DNA of 55,250 bases. It comes from an uncultured bacterium. GTDB taxonomy: Bacteria; JADJOY01. The notes beneath the pieces are model-generated. The model was not told the DNA's origin and did not search any database. It was given only the letters and a program-made list of their open reading frames with translations. This document shows, piece by piece, positions 8,610 to 16,829 of this stretch. Position numbers and translations under genes: made by a program. The first letter of the stretch is position 1, and each line of letters begins with the position of its first letter. The stretch is from positions 1 to 55,250 of the forward strand of contig CAYUSL010000001.1 of the NCBI GenBank assembly GCA_964447125.1, given 5' to 3'.

Positions 8610-9413
8610 ATGCACGAGTGGCTGTCTCTACCGGAGCTCGCGTCCGAGCATGGTGCGAAAGTCGATCAAGTCATCAGCTACGTCCACGTGCTGATGGCGA
8701 TTCTGTTCGTGGGATGGGGAGCGTTCTTCGTCTACACGCTCATCCGCTTTCGCGCCAGTGCCAATCCGAAGGCCGATTACGTCGGCGTGACGGGCCACAA
8801 GAACACGTATCTGGAAGTCGCGGTGGCGCTGGTCGAAGCCGTGTTGTTGATCGGGTTCTCGATACCCCTGTGGTCGGTGCGGGTGGACAAGTTCCCCGCG
8901 GAGAAAGAGGCCGTGGTGGTTCGCGCGGTAGCGGAGCAGTTCGCCTGGAACTTCCACTACCCTGGCGCCGACGGGGTGTTCGGCCACACCGATCCCCGTT
9001 TCGTCGATGCGCAGACCAACCCCGTCGGCCTCGACCCAGACGATCCGCACGGCAAGGACGACATCACCACGGTGAATCAGCTTCATCTGCCGGTGAACAA
9101 GCCGGCGATCGTTCGGCTCAGCAGCAAGGACGTCATCCACAGCTTCGCGCTCTGGGAGATGCGCGTGAAGCAGGATGCGGTTCCCGGGATCGAGTCTCCG
9201 CTCTGGTTCGAGCCGACGGTGACCACCGAGGAGATGCGCAAACGTACGGGCGATCCCAAGTTCACGTACGAGATCGGTTGCGCCCAGCTCTGCGGGCTCG
9301 GCCACTACCGCATGCGCGGCTTCGTCACGATCGACGACTCGGCGGGCTTCGATCACTGGCTCGCGGAGCAGGCACCAAAGCCTGGTGAAGGCGGCGACGA
9401 ATTCTGGGGTTGA
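8610..9413 (+). CDS. ctaC: Cytochrome c oxidase subunit II (CuA) without a fused cytochrome c domain
   Basis: 267 aa with a GGAGGA RBS. It has two N-terminal helices and the CuA ligands VIHSF ... CAQLCGLGHYRM (H, C-x3-C-x3-H-x2-M). No CxxCH motif is present. Confidence 0.85.
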   Translation: MHEWLSLPELASEHGAKVDQVISYVHVLMAILFVGWGAFFVYTLIRFRASANPKADYVGVTGHKNTYLEVAVALVEAVLLIGFSIPLWSVRVDKFPAEKEAVVVRAVAEQFAWNFHYPGADGVFGHTDPRFVDAQTNPVGLDPDDPHGKDDITTVNQLHLPVNKPAIVRLSSKDVIHSFALWEMRVKQDAVPGIESPLWFEPTVTTEEMRKRTGDPKFTYEIGCAQLCGLGHYRMRGFVTIDDSAGFDHWLAEQAPKPGEGGDEFWG

Positions 9414-9458
9414 GCGGAACGCGTCCGTCGGTGCTTCGCAGGGGCGTGGTTTGCCGCG

Positions 9459-10832
9459 TCACGAGCGCTCGGAGCGTCCGAACACCCGGCTCGCCGGCAT
9501 GCGTGAGCGGATGTCGGCGAGGGTGCGCTCGTCGATCACGGTGATGCCCCGCTCGCGACAGTGCGTCTCGACGTTGCGCATCACCATCCCGCGCACGAAC
9601 GCCGGTATCTGTTTCATGCGCTCGAGCGCGGCCGGCTCCCAGCGCAACGCCGGGGCGGGAAGCTCTCCGTAGCCTTCGTCCCGGCGTGCGAGCGCGGCGA
9701 CGTGACGGAAGCGTCCCACCTCGTGATCGCAGAGTGGATCTGCCGCGCGGTAGTCGCCGGTCACCCCGTACGCGCGCGCCCGGCAACCGCCACAGGCCGC
9801 AGCCAGCTCACAGTCCCCGCACCGACCTCCGAGCGCGGTCCGGACTCGAATTCCCTTGAACAGCTCGGAGCTGCGCCAGACGTCCACCAGCGCGTCGTGA
9901 CGCAGGTTTCCGGCGAACACGGGCAAGTACGGGCATGGAGTGACGTCGCCGTTGGGACGGATTCCGAGATAGTGCGTTCCGGCCGGGCAGCCGCCGGCTC
10001 CGCCGGTATAGGTGCGTGGCAAGGCTGCGTCGGGATCGTGGGCGAGGGCGGTGCGCACGTGATGAGGTGCGCATTTCGCGTTGACCAGCATCTTCCCTTC
10101 GAATCGACGCTGTAGCTGGTGGAGACGCTCGAGCACGGTGTCGTACGTCGCGGGGTCGAGATCGGACACGTATTCGCCGCGGCCCGTGGGCACGAGGAAG
10201 TAGAGGTTCCAGACCTTGGCGCCGAGTCCATCGTGAGCCAACGCCGCGATCGCTTCGAGTGAGTCGACGTTGTGGCGCGCGACGGTGGTCTGCACCAGGA
10301 ACGGCAGACCCACGGAAGCCAGGATTCGCGCTCCCTCGACGGTGTTGGCGAAAGCGCCGCGCACGTTGCGAAACGCGTCGTGGCTGGTTGCGTCGGTGGC
10401 GTCGAGTGACAGGGCGAGACCGCGCGCGCCGCTCGCGGCGAGACGTGTGGCCACGTTCTCGGTGATCCGCACGCCGTTCGTTCCGACCACGACCCAGAGC
10501 CCGCGACTTGCGGCGTGCGCCACGATCTCCAGGATGTCGCGACGCAAGAGCGGCTCGCCGCCGGTCAAGATCGTCACGCACTCGGGCGCGAGCTGGGCGA
10601 TCTGGTCGGCGACCGCGAAGCATTCCGCCGTGGTGAGCTCGCTGCGGTCCGCGAACGCTTCGCTGGCGACGAGCGGGTTCGGTCCCGCATCGAGATAGCA
10701 GTGCTCGCAGGCCAGATTGCAGCGGTACGTGAGATTCCAGGACACCACGTACGGCCGCTCGAAGGCCGCCCCCGGCTCCATGGGGAGCGCGAGCGCCATG
10801 CCGGCTTCGAGCGTGCGGTTGGACGGCATCAT
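9459..10832 (-). CDS. Radical SAM/SPASM enzyme, AhbD/NirJ-like, with a C-terminal PCP_red (BchB C-terminal-like) domain
   Basis: 457 aa. Motifs: CNLACEHC (CxxxCxxC) within SWNLTYRCNLACEHCYLD; a SPASM-like Cys cluster GCPAG..PNGDVTPCPYL...CGDCELAAACGGCRARAY; and the C-terminal LRWEPAALERMKQIPAFVRGMVMRNVETHCRERGITVIDERTL, which matches the W..EA...L..IP.FVRG..R...E..A...G pattern of PCP_red. Confidence 0.85.
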   Translation of the reverse strand: MMPSNRTLEAGMALALPMEPGAAFERPYVVSWNLTYRCNLACEHCYLDAGPNPLVASEAFADRSELTTAECFAVADQIAQLAPECVTILTGGEPLLRRDILEIVAHAASRGLWVVVGTNGVRITENVATRLAASGARGLALSLDATDATSHDAFRNVRGAFANTVEGARILASVGLPFLVQTTVARHNVDSLEAIAALAHDGLGAKVWNLYFLVPTGRGEYVSDLDPATYDTVLERLHQLQRRFEGKMLVNAKCAPHHVRTALAHDPDAALPRTYTGGAGGCPAGTHYLGIRPNGDVTPCPYLPVFAGNLRHDALVDVWRSSELFKGIRVRTALGGRCGDCELAAACGGCRARAYGVTGDYRAADPLCDHEVGRFRHVAALARRDEGYGELPAPALRWEPAALERMKQIPAFVRGMVMRNVETHCRERGITVIDERTLADIRSRMPASRVFGRSERS

Positions 10833-10839
10833 GCAGCTC

Positions 10840-11283
10840 TCACATGCCGAAGAAATCCTTGGCCTCGTCCATCACGCGCTCGTCGATGCTGGCGTAGCCG
10901 CGTTCGCGGGCGAAGCGCTCGACGCCGGTGCGCGCCATCGGTCGCGCGAACGACGGCACGTTCTCGAGCCGGCGCTCGGCCTCCGAGGTCCACGTGAGCG
11001 CACCCGATGCTTCCGCGCTCGGTGAGCGTGGTTCGCCCTCGCCGCGCGCCAGGCCTGCGATGGGACATTTCGACGCCGCCGACTGGGCCGGTGGCGCATC
11101 ACCCGCGGGAGCGACGTTCACGCCCAGCGAGCCCACGACTTGGGTTTCGAACGGGTTCGTGAGCATCGCCATCTCGTAGCCGCACGTGGGACACGCGTAG
11201 ACGAGCGTGAGCGAGCCGCGGTCGGGGGGCTTGGTCTCGATCAGCCGCATCGGCGAGTCGCAAGGAACGCACAGGAACTTCAT
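10840..11283 (-). CDS. Zinc-ribbon protein with a C-terminal PCP_red domain
   Basis: 147 aa. N-terminal CVPC...CPTC (a four-Cys ribbon). C-terminal LTWTSEAERRLENVPSFARPMARTGVERFARERGYASIDERVMDEAKDFF. ATGA overlap with the upstream Mrp gene. Confidence 0.7.
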   Translation of the reverse strand: MKFLCVPCDSPMRLIETKPPDRGSLTLVYACPTCGYEMAMLTNPFETQVVGSLGVNVAPAGDAPPAQSAASKCPIAGLARGEGEPRSPSAEASGALTWTSEAERRLENVPSFARPMARTGVERFARERGYASIDERVMDEAKDFFGM

Positions 11284-12155
11284 GGGGCCTCCTCGAGTGC
11301 AGCGACGACACGATCGACGATGGCCGTCGTGGCGACGGCGGAAGGTAGTGCCGGCGGCGCGAACACCGACTCGCCGCGATCGCAGCGCGCAGCCAGCGCG
11401 GGATCGAACGGAATGCGGCCCAGCAAGGGCGTGCCGAGCATGCCGGCATCGTCACTGGGAAAGAGCGGCTGCACCTTGTCGCACTCGCTGCAGTGGTAGC
11501 CGCTCATGTTTTCGACGTAGCCGAGGATGCGATTGGGGGTCTTCGCGAGCGCCGCCAACGATCGCGCAACCACGCCACGCGCCAACGCGCTGGGAACGGT
11601 GACCAGCACGAACTGTACGGCTGGGCCGAGAAAATCTGCGTACTGCACGGCGCGCTCCGCGCCTGGCGGGAGGTCCACCACGAGCTCGTCCAGCTCCCCC
11701 CACGCGACCGTGCCCAGCAGCTCCTCGAGCAGCGTGAACTCGCGCGTGGCGCGCCACGTGTGCATCTCGCCCCGAGCCACGGAGTCGAACTGCAGCTCTT
11801 CGCCCTCGGGCACCAGCGCCCCGATGGACACCACGCCGATCCCGCTCGCGGTCCTGGGCAACGCGACGCGACCCTCGTCGGTGGGGATGAGCGGCCGCAA
11901 GCCGAGCCCCGTGAGGCGCGCTTGGCTGGGGCCGTTGAGGTCGGCATCGAGGATGGCGACGCGACGTCCCGTGTTGCTCAGGCCCGCCGCGAGCTGGGTC
12001 GCGACGGTGCTCTTTCCCACGCCGCCCTTTCCGGATGCGATGGCGAGCACGTGCCGGACGCTGCCGAGATTGCGGGCGCGCCGCTCGCGAATCGCGCGGA
12101 CCTGTCCGAGGACGTCCGAGCCGCCGTCGCCGACGATGTCGTGATAGCTCTTCAT
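11280..12155 (-). CDS. apbC: Mrp/NBP35 (ApbC) family Fe-S cluster carrier ATPase
   Basis: 291 aa. It has the deviant Walker A IASGKGGVGKST, ILDADLNGPS, and a CxxC in ENMSGYHCSECDK, typical of Mrp/NBP35 proteins. Confidence 0.85.
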   Translation of the reverse strand: MKSYHDIVGDGGSDVLGQVRAIRERRARNLGSVRHVLAIASGKGGVGKSTVATQLAAGLSNTGRRVAILDADLNGPSQARLTGLGLRPLIPTDEGRVALPRTASGIGVVSIGALVPEGEELQFDSVARGEMHTWRATREFTLLEELLGTVAWGELDELVVDLPPGAERAVQYADFLGPAVQFVLVTVPSALARGVVARSLAALAKTPNRILGYVENMSGYHCSECDKVQPLFPSDDAGMLGTPLLGRIPFDPALAARCDRGESVFAPPALPSAVATTAIVDRVVAALEEAP

Positions 12156-12170
12156 GCGTGTGCCGCGAGG

Positions 12171-13016
12171 CTACCCGGCGCTCACGTCGAGCGAGAACCG
12201 CGTCCATTCGCGCGTCACCCGAAAACCGATTCCGGTGAGGGTTTCGATGGGGAGCTCGTCGCGTCCGAGCCGCGGAATCCGGAGCCAGCGTGCACCGAGG
12301 CTCGCGAGCGTCGCCAGCAGCGGTGTCACGGCGGCCGAATCTCCGGGTGCGCCGAGGGCCGCGATGGAGATCTCCTCGCCCGACACGCTCGTCTCGTACA
12401 GGCAGAAGGCCTCGACGCGATCGGAGTGGATCGCCAAGGCCTGAAGTTGCGGCGCGCGGCGGGCCAGTGCTTCGGGTGCTCGCATCCACGACTCCCGGGA
12501 TCCCATGCTGCACGTCCTCGAAAGCTCGTCGAAGCCGACGGGAGCGGCGAGCTCGGGGAGGTGTCCCTCTTCTGCGCGCATGGCGTCGCCATCGAGGACG
12601 AGGTCCACGAGCGTCCCAGTCGCGCCGAATCCGCAGGCGGTGAGCAGCGCCCGGGTGGCCTGGTCGCGGGAGTCGATCTCCATCGTCAGGCGCGGCGGCC
12701 CCAAAATCGCGAGCTTTCGCGCGAGCGATTCGAGAAGGTGGCGCGCGTGTCCGCGGCGTCGCTGCGCGGGGTGCACGCCCAGGGCGAGGATGCAGGTTTC
12801 CGCCGCTCGCTTGGCTGCGAGCAAGACGCCGATGGGGCCGCGCTCGTCGAAGGCCAGCATCGAGCTCGACGTCCAGAAATCGACGAGACGGCCGCGCCGC
12901 TTCAGCACTTCGGGCTCGAGGGGGGGCAGGCCTGGGATCTGCGATGCCAGGCAGTCGTTGTACGCGTGCGCGAGCGCGCCGACGTCGTCGGTCCGGCAGA
13001 ACCGGTAGCCGGGCAT
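12171..13016 (-). CDS. GNAT-family N-acetyltransferase (possibly a tandem GNAT fold)
   Basis: 281 aa. It shows the acetyl-CoA motif A-like LALGVHPAQRRRGHARHLLESL. Its size is compatible with two GNAT lobes. Confidence 0.65.
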   Translation of the reverse strand: MPGYRFCRTDDVGALAHAYNDCLASQIPGLPPLEPEVLKRRGRLVDFWTSSSMLAFDERGPIGVLLAAKRAAETCILALGVHPAQRRRGHARHLLESLARKLAILGPPRLTMEIDSRDQATRALLTACGFGATGTLVDLVLDGDAMRAEEGHLPELAAPVGFDELSRTCSMGSRESWMRAPEALARRAPQLQALAIHSDRVEAFCLYETSVSGEEISIAALGAPGDSAAVTPLLATLASLGARWLRIPRLGRDELPIETLTGIGFRVTREWTRFSLDVSAG

Positions 13017-13062
13017 CGTGGCGTGGGCTAGAGCGGGCGGCGCGCTGCGATGGCGATGCGGG

Positions 13063-15117
13063 TCAGTCGCTGGCGCCAGGGCTGCCCTGTCGCATCGCGT
13101 GCAGCGCGCCCATGATGCCCACCTCGTTGAGGGGCGCGGCTGCAGCGCCCGACAGGCCGGCTGCGGTCGACGGCGCCACCGTGGCGGCGCGACGGGCGGC
13201 CTCGGGATTCGCGGCGTAGCCCTGGATCATCTCCGCCATCGCCTGGCGGCTCGCGGCGATCGCTTCCTCGGTCAGCACCAGGTCGATCACCACGCTGTTC
13301 CGCTCTTCCGCGAGCGCCTCGATCCGTTCCTGCGTCTTGCTTCGCATGAAACCCGCAGGGACGCGGAACAGGCGCTGCACCGCGTCCTCCGTCCATTTTC
13401 GCGTCGAGAAGAGCGGGTTCTTCTTGTCGTCGCGCGCCACGAGCTTCTTGCCGTCATCGAGCGTCAGCGCCTCGTCTCGGCTCGAAGATCCGTTCGGCTC
13501 GCGATCGCCGAGCTCGATCGGCGTTCCCAGCTCGTCCTCGATGATGCTGCGCGCGAGCTCCAGCGTCACGGTATTGAGCCGCTTGAGCCGCACCGACTTC
13601 TCGATTCGGGCTTTGGTGCGGCGGCGTTGGTACGGCTCCTTGAGCGTCCACAGCGCACGTTTGGCATCCTGAGTCCAGGTGAGCGAGCGTCCGTCGTAGG
13701 TGGTCTCGCTCTCCGCACCGCCTTCCATGCGGATGATCTCGGCCACCTGTGCTGCGCTGATCCGATCGAACACGCTGGAGCCGCACACGGCACACTTCGC
13801 TGGCTCCTCTTCGGTCGCGGTCACGCCGCAGCTCCGGCAGATCGCCACCGCGTGATCCTTGGCGCGCTCGAGGACCAACGCCTCCGCGAACTTGGTGGTC
13901 GCCTCGGCGGTGGCCTTGGGCATGTACCGATCCATGGCCTCGTCGAGAAGCGAGCTGGTGATGACGCTGTGGCCCTGCTCGACGGCGAGGCGGTAGATCG
14001 CGGTGCGCGCGATGCCCTGCACGAGTGGCGGGACGTTCTTCATGCGCCCTTCCGCTTCCGGCGTCCAGCGGATGGTCTCCTCGGCCTTCACGTCGAGCTC
14101 GGGATGCTCGAGGCGCGTGGTGAGCAGCACGTTGCAAGGCGCCTGGCGCAGCATGTTTTCCGTGTTGCTGCCGAGCGCACGCTCGTCGGCGCCGCTGTGC
14201 ACGCCGATGCGGCCGAGCACCAGGAGCCACGGACGAGTCTTGCGCACGTGATCCAGCAGTTTCTGGAATGCCTTGCCGTCGAGCAGGGTGCGGGTGATCT
14301 CGAAACCCGCGGCGTGGGCCATGTGCTCGGCGACCTTGAGGTGCGACTCGTAGATCTGCGCCAGGCCGGTGTCGATGATCTCTTCGTGGAGCTGGTTCTG
14401 CTCCTCGAAACGAAACACCTTCGCCGCCTTCTCGGTGAGAACGTCGACCACGCTGGCGAAGACCGAGTAGTGCAGGTAGGGATCGTAGACGGCCACGGCT
14501 TCGACCTGCTTGCCGAGCTGCTTCGCCAGGTCGATGGCCGTCATCAGCGCCCCGAAGGATTGGGGGCTGCCGTCGATCCCCACCAGGATCGTGTCGCTCG
14601 TCTGCGCGCGGGTTCCGTCTTTCTCCGGCACGTCCTTGATGACGAGCACGTCGCGCGCCGTGCCACGCACCACGCGCTCGCACACCGACCCGATCTGGCT
14701 GTCGCGCACGCGTCCCAGGCCCAGCGCGCCGAGGACGATCAGGCCGTAGTCGTGCGCTTCGATGTCGCGCAGCAGCTCGACCGAGTGCTTGCCGTCCATC
14801 ATGCGCGGCTCGAACGGAAGCCCGGCCTCGGCGCAGACCTCGGCCATCGGAGCGAGGTAGCTGTCGGAGATGAGCTTGAGGCCCATCGTGATCAAGCTGT
14901 CGTGAATCTTGCGTTGGCGATCGAGCTCGTTCTCCTCGAGGTACTCCTCGGGAAGCGTGAACTCCATCTGTTTGAAGCGATAGTCGTGCATGCGCGCGGC
15001 ATAGACGTGGCAGCCCACCATCCTGCTCGTGAATGCCTTGCCGAGCGCGACACCGAGTGCAATCGCCTCGTTCGAGTGGGGCGAGTTGTCCACCGGTACG
15101 TAGATCGTGTCGTACAT
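13063..15117 (-). CDS. Tandem universal-stress-protein (USP) domains fused to three PCP_red domains and a zinc ribbon
   Basis: The start is trimmed from the 824-aa ORF to the ATG at 15117 (MYDTIYVPVDNSPHS), which has GGAGGG 5 nt upstream and lies downstream of the 15153 stop of the upstream gene. USP signatures appear twice (IYVPVDNS...GLIVLGALG...VLVIK and ILVGIDGS...LLVLGRIG...NVLL). PCP_red-like repeats are IRWTPEAEGRMKNVPPLVQGIARTAIYRLAVEQGHSVI, LTWTQDAKRALWTLKEPYQRRRTKARIEKSVRLKRLNTV and RKWTEDAVQRLFRVPAGFMRSKTQERIEALAEERNSVVI. The zinc ribbon is CRSCG-x12-CAVCG. Confidence 0.8.
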   Translation of the reverse strand: MYDTIYVPVDNSPHSNEAIALGVALGKAFTSRMVGCHVYAARMHDYRFKQMEFTLPEEYLEENELDRQRKIHDSLITMGLKLISDSYLAPMAEVCAEAGLPFEPRMMDGKHSVELLRDIEAHDYGLIVLGALGLGRVRDSQIGSVCERVVRGTARDVLVIKDVPEKDGTRAQTSDTILVGIDGSPQSFGALMTAIDLAKQLGKQVEAVAVYDPYLHYSVFASVVDVLTEKAAKVFRFEEQNQLHEEIIDTGLAQIYESHLKVAEHMAHAAGFEITRTLLDGKAFQKLLDHVRKTRPWLLVLGRIGVHSGADERALGSNTENMLRQAPCNVLLTTRLEHPELDVKAEETIRWTPEAEGRMKNVPPLVQGIARTAIYRLAVEQGHSVITSSLLDEAMDRYMPKATAEATTKFAEALVLERAKDHAVAICRSCGVTATEEEPAKCAVCGSSVFDRISAAQVAEIIRMEGGAESETTYDGRSLTWTQDAKRALWTLKEPYQRRRTKARIEKSVRLKRLNTVTLELARSIIEDELGTPIELGDREPNGSSSRDEALTLDDGKKLVARDDKKNPLFSTRKWTEDAVQRLFRVPAGFMRSKTQERIEALAEERNSVVIDLVLTEEAIAASRQAMAEMIQGYAANPEAARRAATVAPSTAAGLSGAAAAPLNEVGIMGALHAMRQGSPGASD

Positions 15118-15152
15118 GAACCCTCCGAACCCTTGCGCACGCACGCGCCGGT

Positions 15153-16829
15153 TCACACCGTGCTGCGGCGTCGCCGCGCCACCGCGATCACCACCAGCTC
15201 GACTGCGAGAACCGAGCCCGCCGCCTTCGCCATCGGACCAAGCGGAGACTCGTGGGCGCCCGCTTCCACGTAGAGGTAATACCAGGCTGTGAGCCCACGC
15301 TTGTTGCCGCGCTCTCGATTGAACCCGTCCCAGACGCTGAACGCGACCGGCGTGAACTTGCCTTCCTCGAGATGGGCGCCTCCGCGACTGCGCAGGGGAC
15401 GGACGAACGTCACCGTCCAGCGGCCCTTCTCGTATTGCTTCGTAACCTGCAGGTCGCCGCTGCCCTGGGGTTCCAGTGCTTCGTATCCCTTGCCCACGAA
15501 TTGCAGCGGCTTCGAGTGGGCGAGGTCTACGAACCAAAGGTCGACTGCATGCCCCGAGTCGCCGAAGATGAAATACGGGCGTCGGATGCTGGTCTCTGCG
15601 TCGAGCGGAAACTGGATCGCCACCGCATCCGAGAACTCGGTCTCGGGAGTCTGGGCCGCCGCGCTCGGCTGAGACTCGCCTTCGCCCCAGAAGTCGTCGC
15701 CGCCCGACGCCGGTTTCGTTGCCGCGGGAGCATCTGCGGCCTCGTCGCCCCAGATGTCACCAGATTCCGCGCTGCTGGCCTTGGCTTGCCCGCCGAAAGG
15801 ATCGTCCTTCCAATCCGGGACCTTCAGCGCTGGATCGTTCTTGCCGCTGGTCTCGGCGCGCATGTCGCTCCAACGCAGACGCACGGCCAGATCGGTGCCG
15901 TTGTGGACCGCCGTCACCTCGATCCCGTTGCAGGACGGATGGAACTCGCGCCCAGGTTGGGAGATCTGGCCGGCCACCGGAAAGAACGCGGGCTCGGCTG
16001 CGGCGAAGAGCTCGTCGGCCTTCGCGAGGTCGAGCTCGCCCGTGATGCGCGCGACGCGTGCCAGGTTGGAGTAGTTGGGCTGCTCGCGCCCGGAGAGCGA
16101 CGCGATGAAATCGACGAGCTGCCAACGCTGCTCTTCGCTCAACGCCTCCTGGAATGCCGGCATCGGCGTCCCGGTGAGGCCGGTGGTGATGGCGCGAAAG
16201 ATGTCGGCGCGCGTCGCGCCGCCGCGGAACGTCCAGGGCCGTTCGAGGTTGGCGGGATGGAGGTGGTTCCCCCAGTCGTCCTTGAGGGTCGGTGCGGACG
16301 GGCCGTCGCCGCGCCCCTCCACGCCGTGGCAGCGCGCACAGCCGGTGTCGGCGTAGAGCTGCTTGCCCTGCTCGGCACGCTCTTTCGAGAACGCCGGCGG
16401 CGCGGGCAACGAAACGGGATCCGAATTCGACTCGGCGTCGGCGAAGCGCGGTGAAAAACTCTTCACGTAGAAGGCGAGCGAACGAACCTCGTCCTCCTTG
16501 AAGCTCGGCCAGGCGGGCATGGTGCTGTAGGGCATCCCGTGGCGGATGATTCGCTCCAGGTCCGCTGTGGTCGGCACCGTGCCGCCGGGTGTGCTGCGGA
16601 TCTTGAACTTGCCCTTGGTGAAGTCGCGTGGCTTGGGCTTGAGATGGGCTGCGGCGACCCCTTCGCCATCTCCCTTCTCGCCGTGGCATTGGCTGCAGTA
16701 CTTGTCGTAAAGCTGCTTGCCGGCGTCCCGCTGCGCCGGCGTTCCGAGATCCGGCGTCGCGGCCGCGGCGAGGCGTAGCCCCGCAACCAGGCTGAGGCCA
16801 CAGAGTGCCGAGACACGCAGCGCTTTCAT
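15153..16829 (-). CDS. Diheme cytochrome c fused to an ethylbenzene-dehydrogenase gamma/DOMON-like (EB_dh) domain, with a C-terminal membrane anchor
   Basis: The start is trimmed to the ATG at 16829 (MKALRVSALCGLSLVAG, a signal peptide), which overlaps the upstream stop as ATGA. Heme motifs are CSQCHGEKGDGEG and CARCHGVEGRGDG. The C-terminal region ...VDLWFVDL...GRWTVTFVRPL...FSVWDG...ERGN.RGLT.WYYLYVE is typical of the EB_dh heme-b domain. The terminal hydrophobic helix is SVLAVELVVIAVARRRR. Confidence 0.75.
   Translation of the reverse strand: MKALRVSALCGLSLVAGLRLAAAATPDLGTPAQRDAGKQLYDKYCSQCHGEKGDGEGVAAAHLKPKPRDFTKGKFKIRSTPGGTVPTTADLERIIRHGMPYSTMPAWPSFKEDEVRSLAFYVKSFSPRFADAESNSDPVSLPAPPAFSKERAEQGKQLYADTGCARCHGVEGRGDGPSAPTLKDDWGNHLHPANLERPWTFRGGATRADIFRAITTGLTGTPMPAFQEALSEEQRWQLVDFIASLSGREQPNYSNLARVARITGELDLAKADELFAAAEPAFFPVAGQISQPGREFHPSCNGIEVTAVHNGTDLAVRLRWSDMRAETSGKNDPALKVPDWKDDPFGGQAKASSAESGDIWGDEAADAPAATKPASGGDDFWGEGESQPSAAAQTPETEFSDAVAIQFPLDAETSIRRPYFIFGDSGHAVDLWFVDLAHSKPLQFVGKGYEALEPQGSGDLQVTKQYEKGRWTVTFVRPLRSRGGAHLEEGKFTPVAFSVWDGFNRERGNKRGLTAWYYLYVEAGAHESPLGPMAKAAGSVLAVELVVIAVARRRRSTV

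Noticed and set aside
9414-9458. A possible bidirectional terminator in the 45-bp gap between the convergent ctaC (copy 1) and radical SAM genes.
   Set aside because: Only a short ACGCGT palindrome is present. I could find no convincing stem-loop or U-tract.
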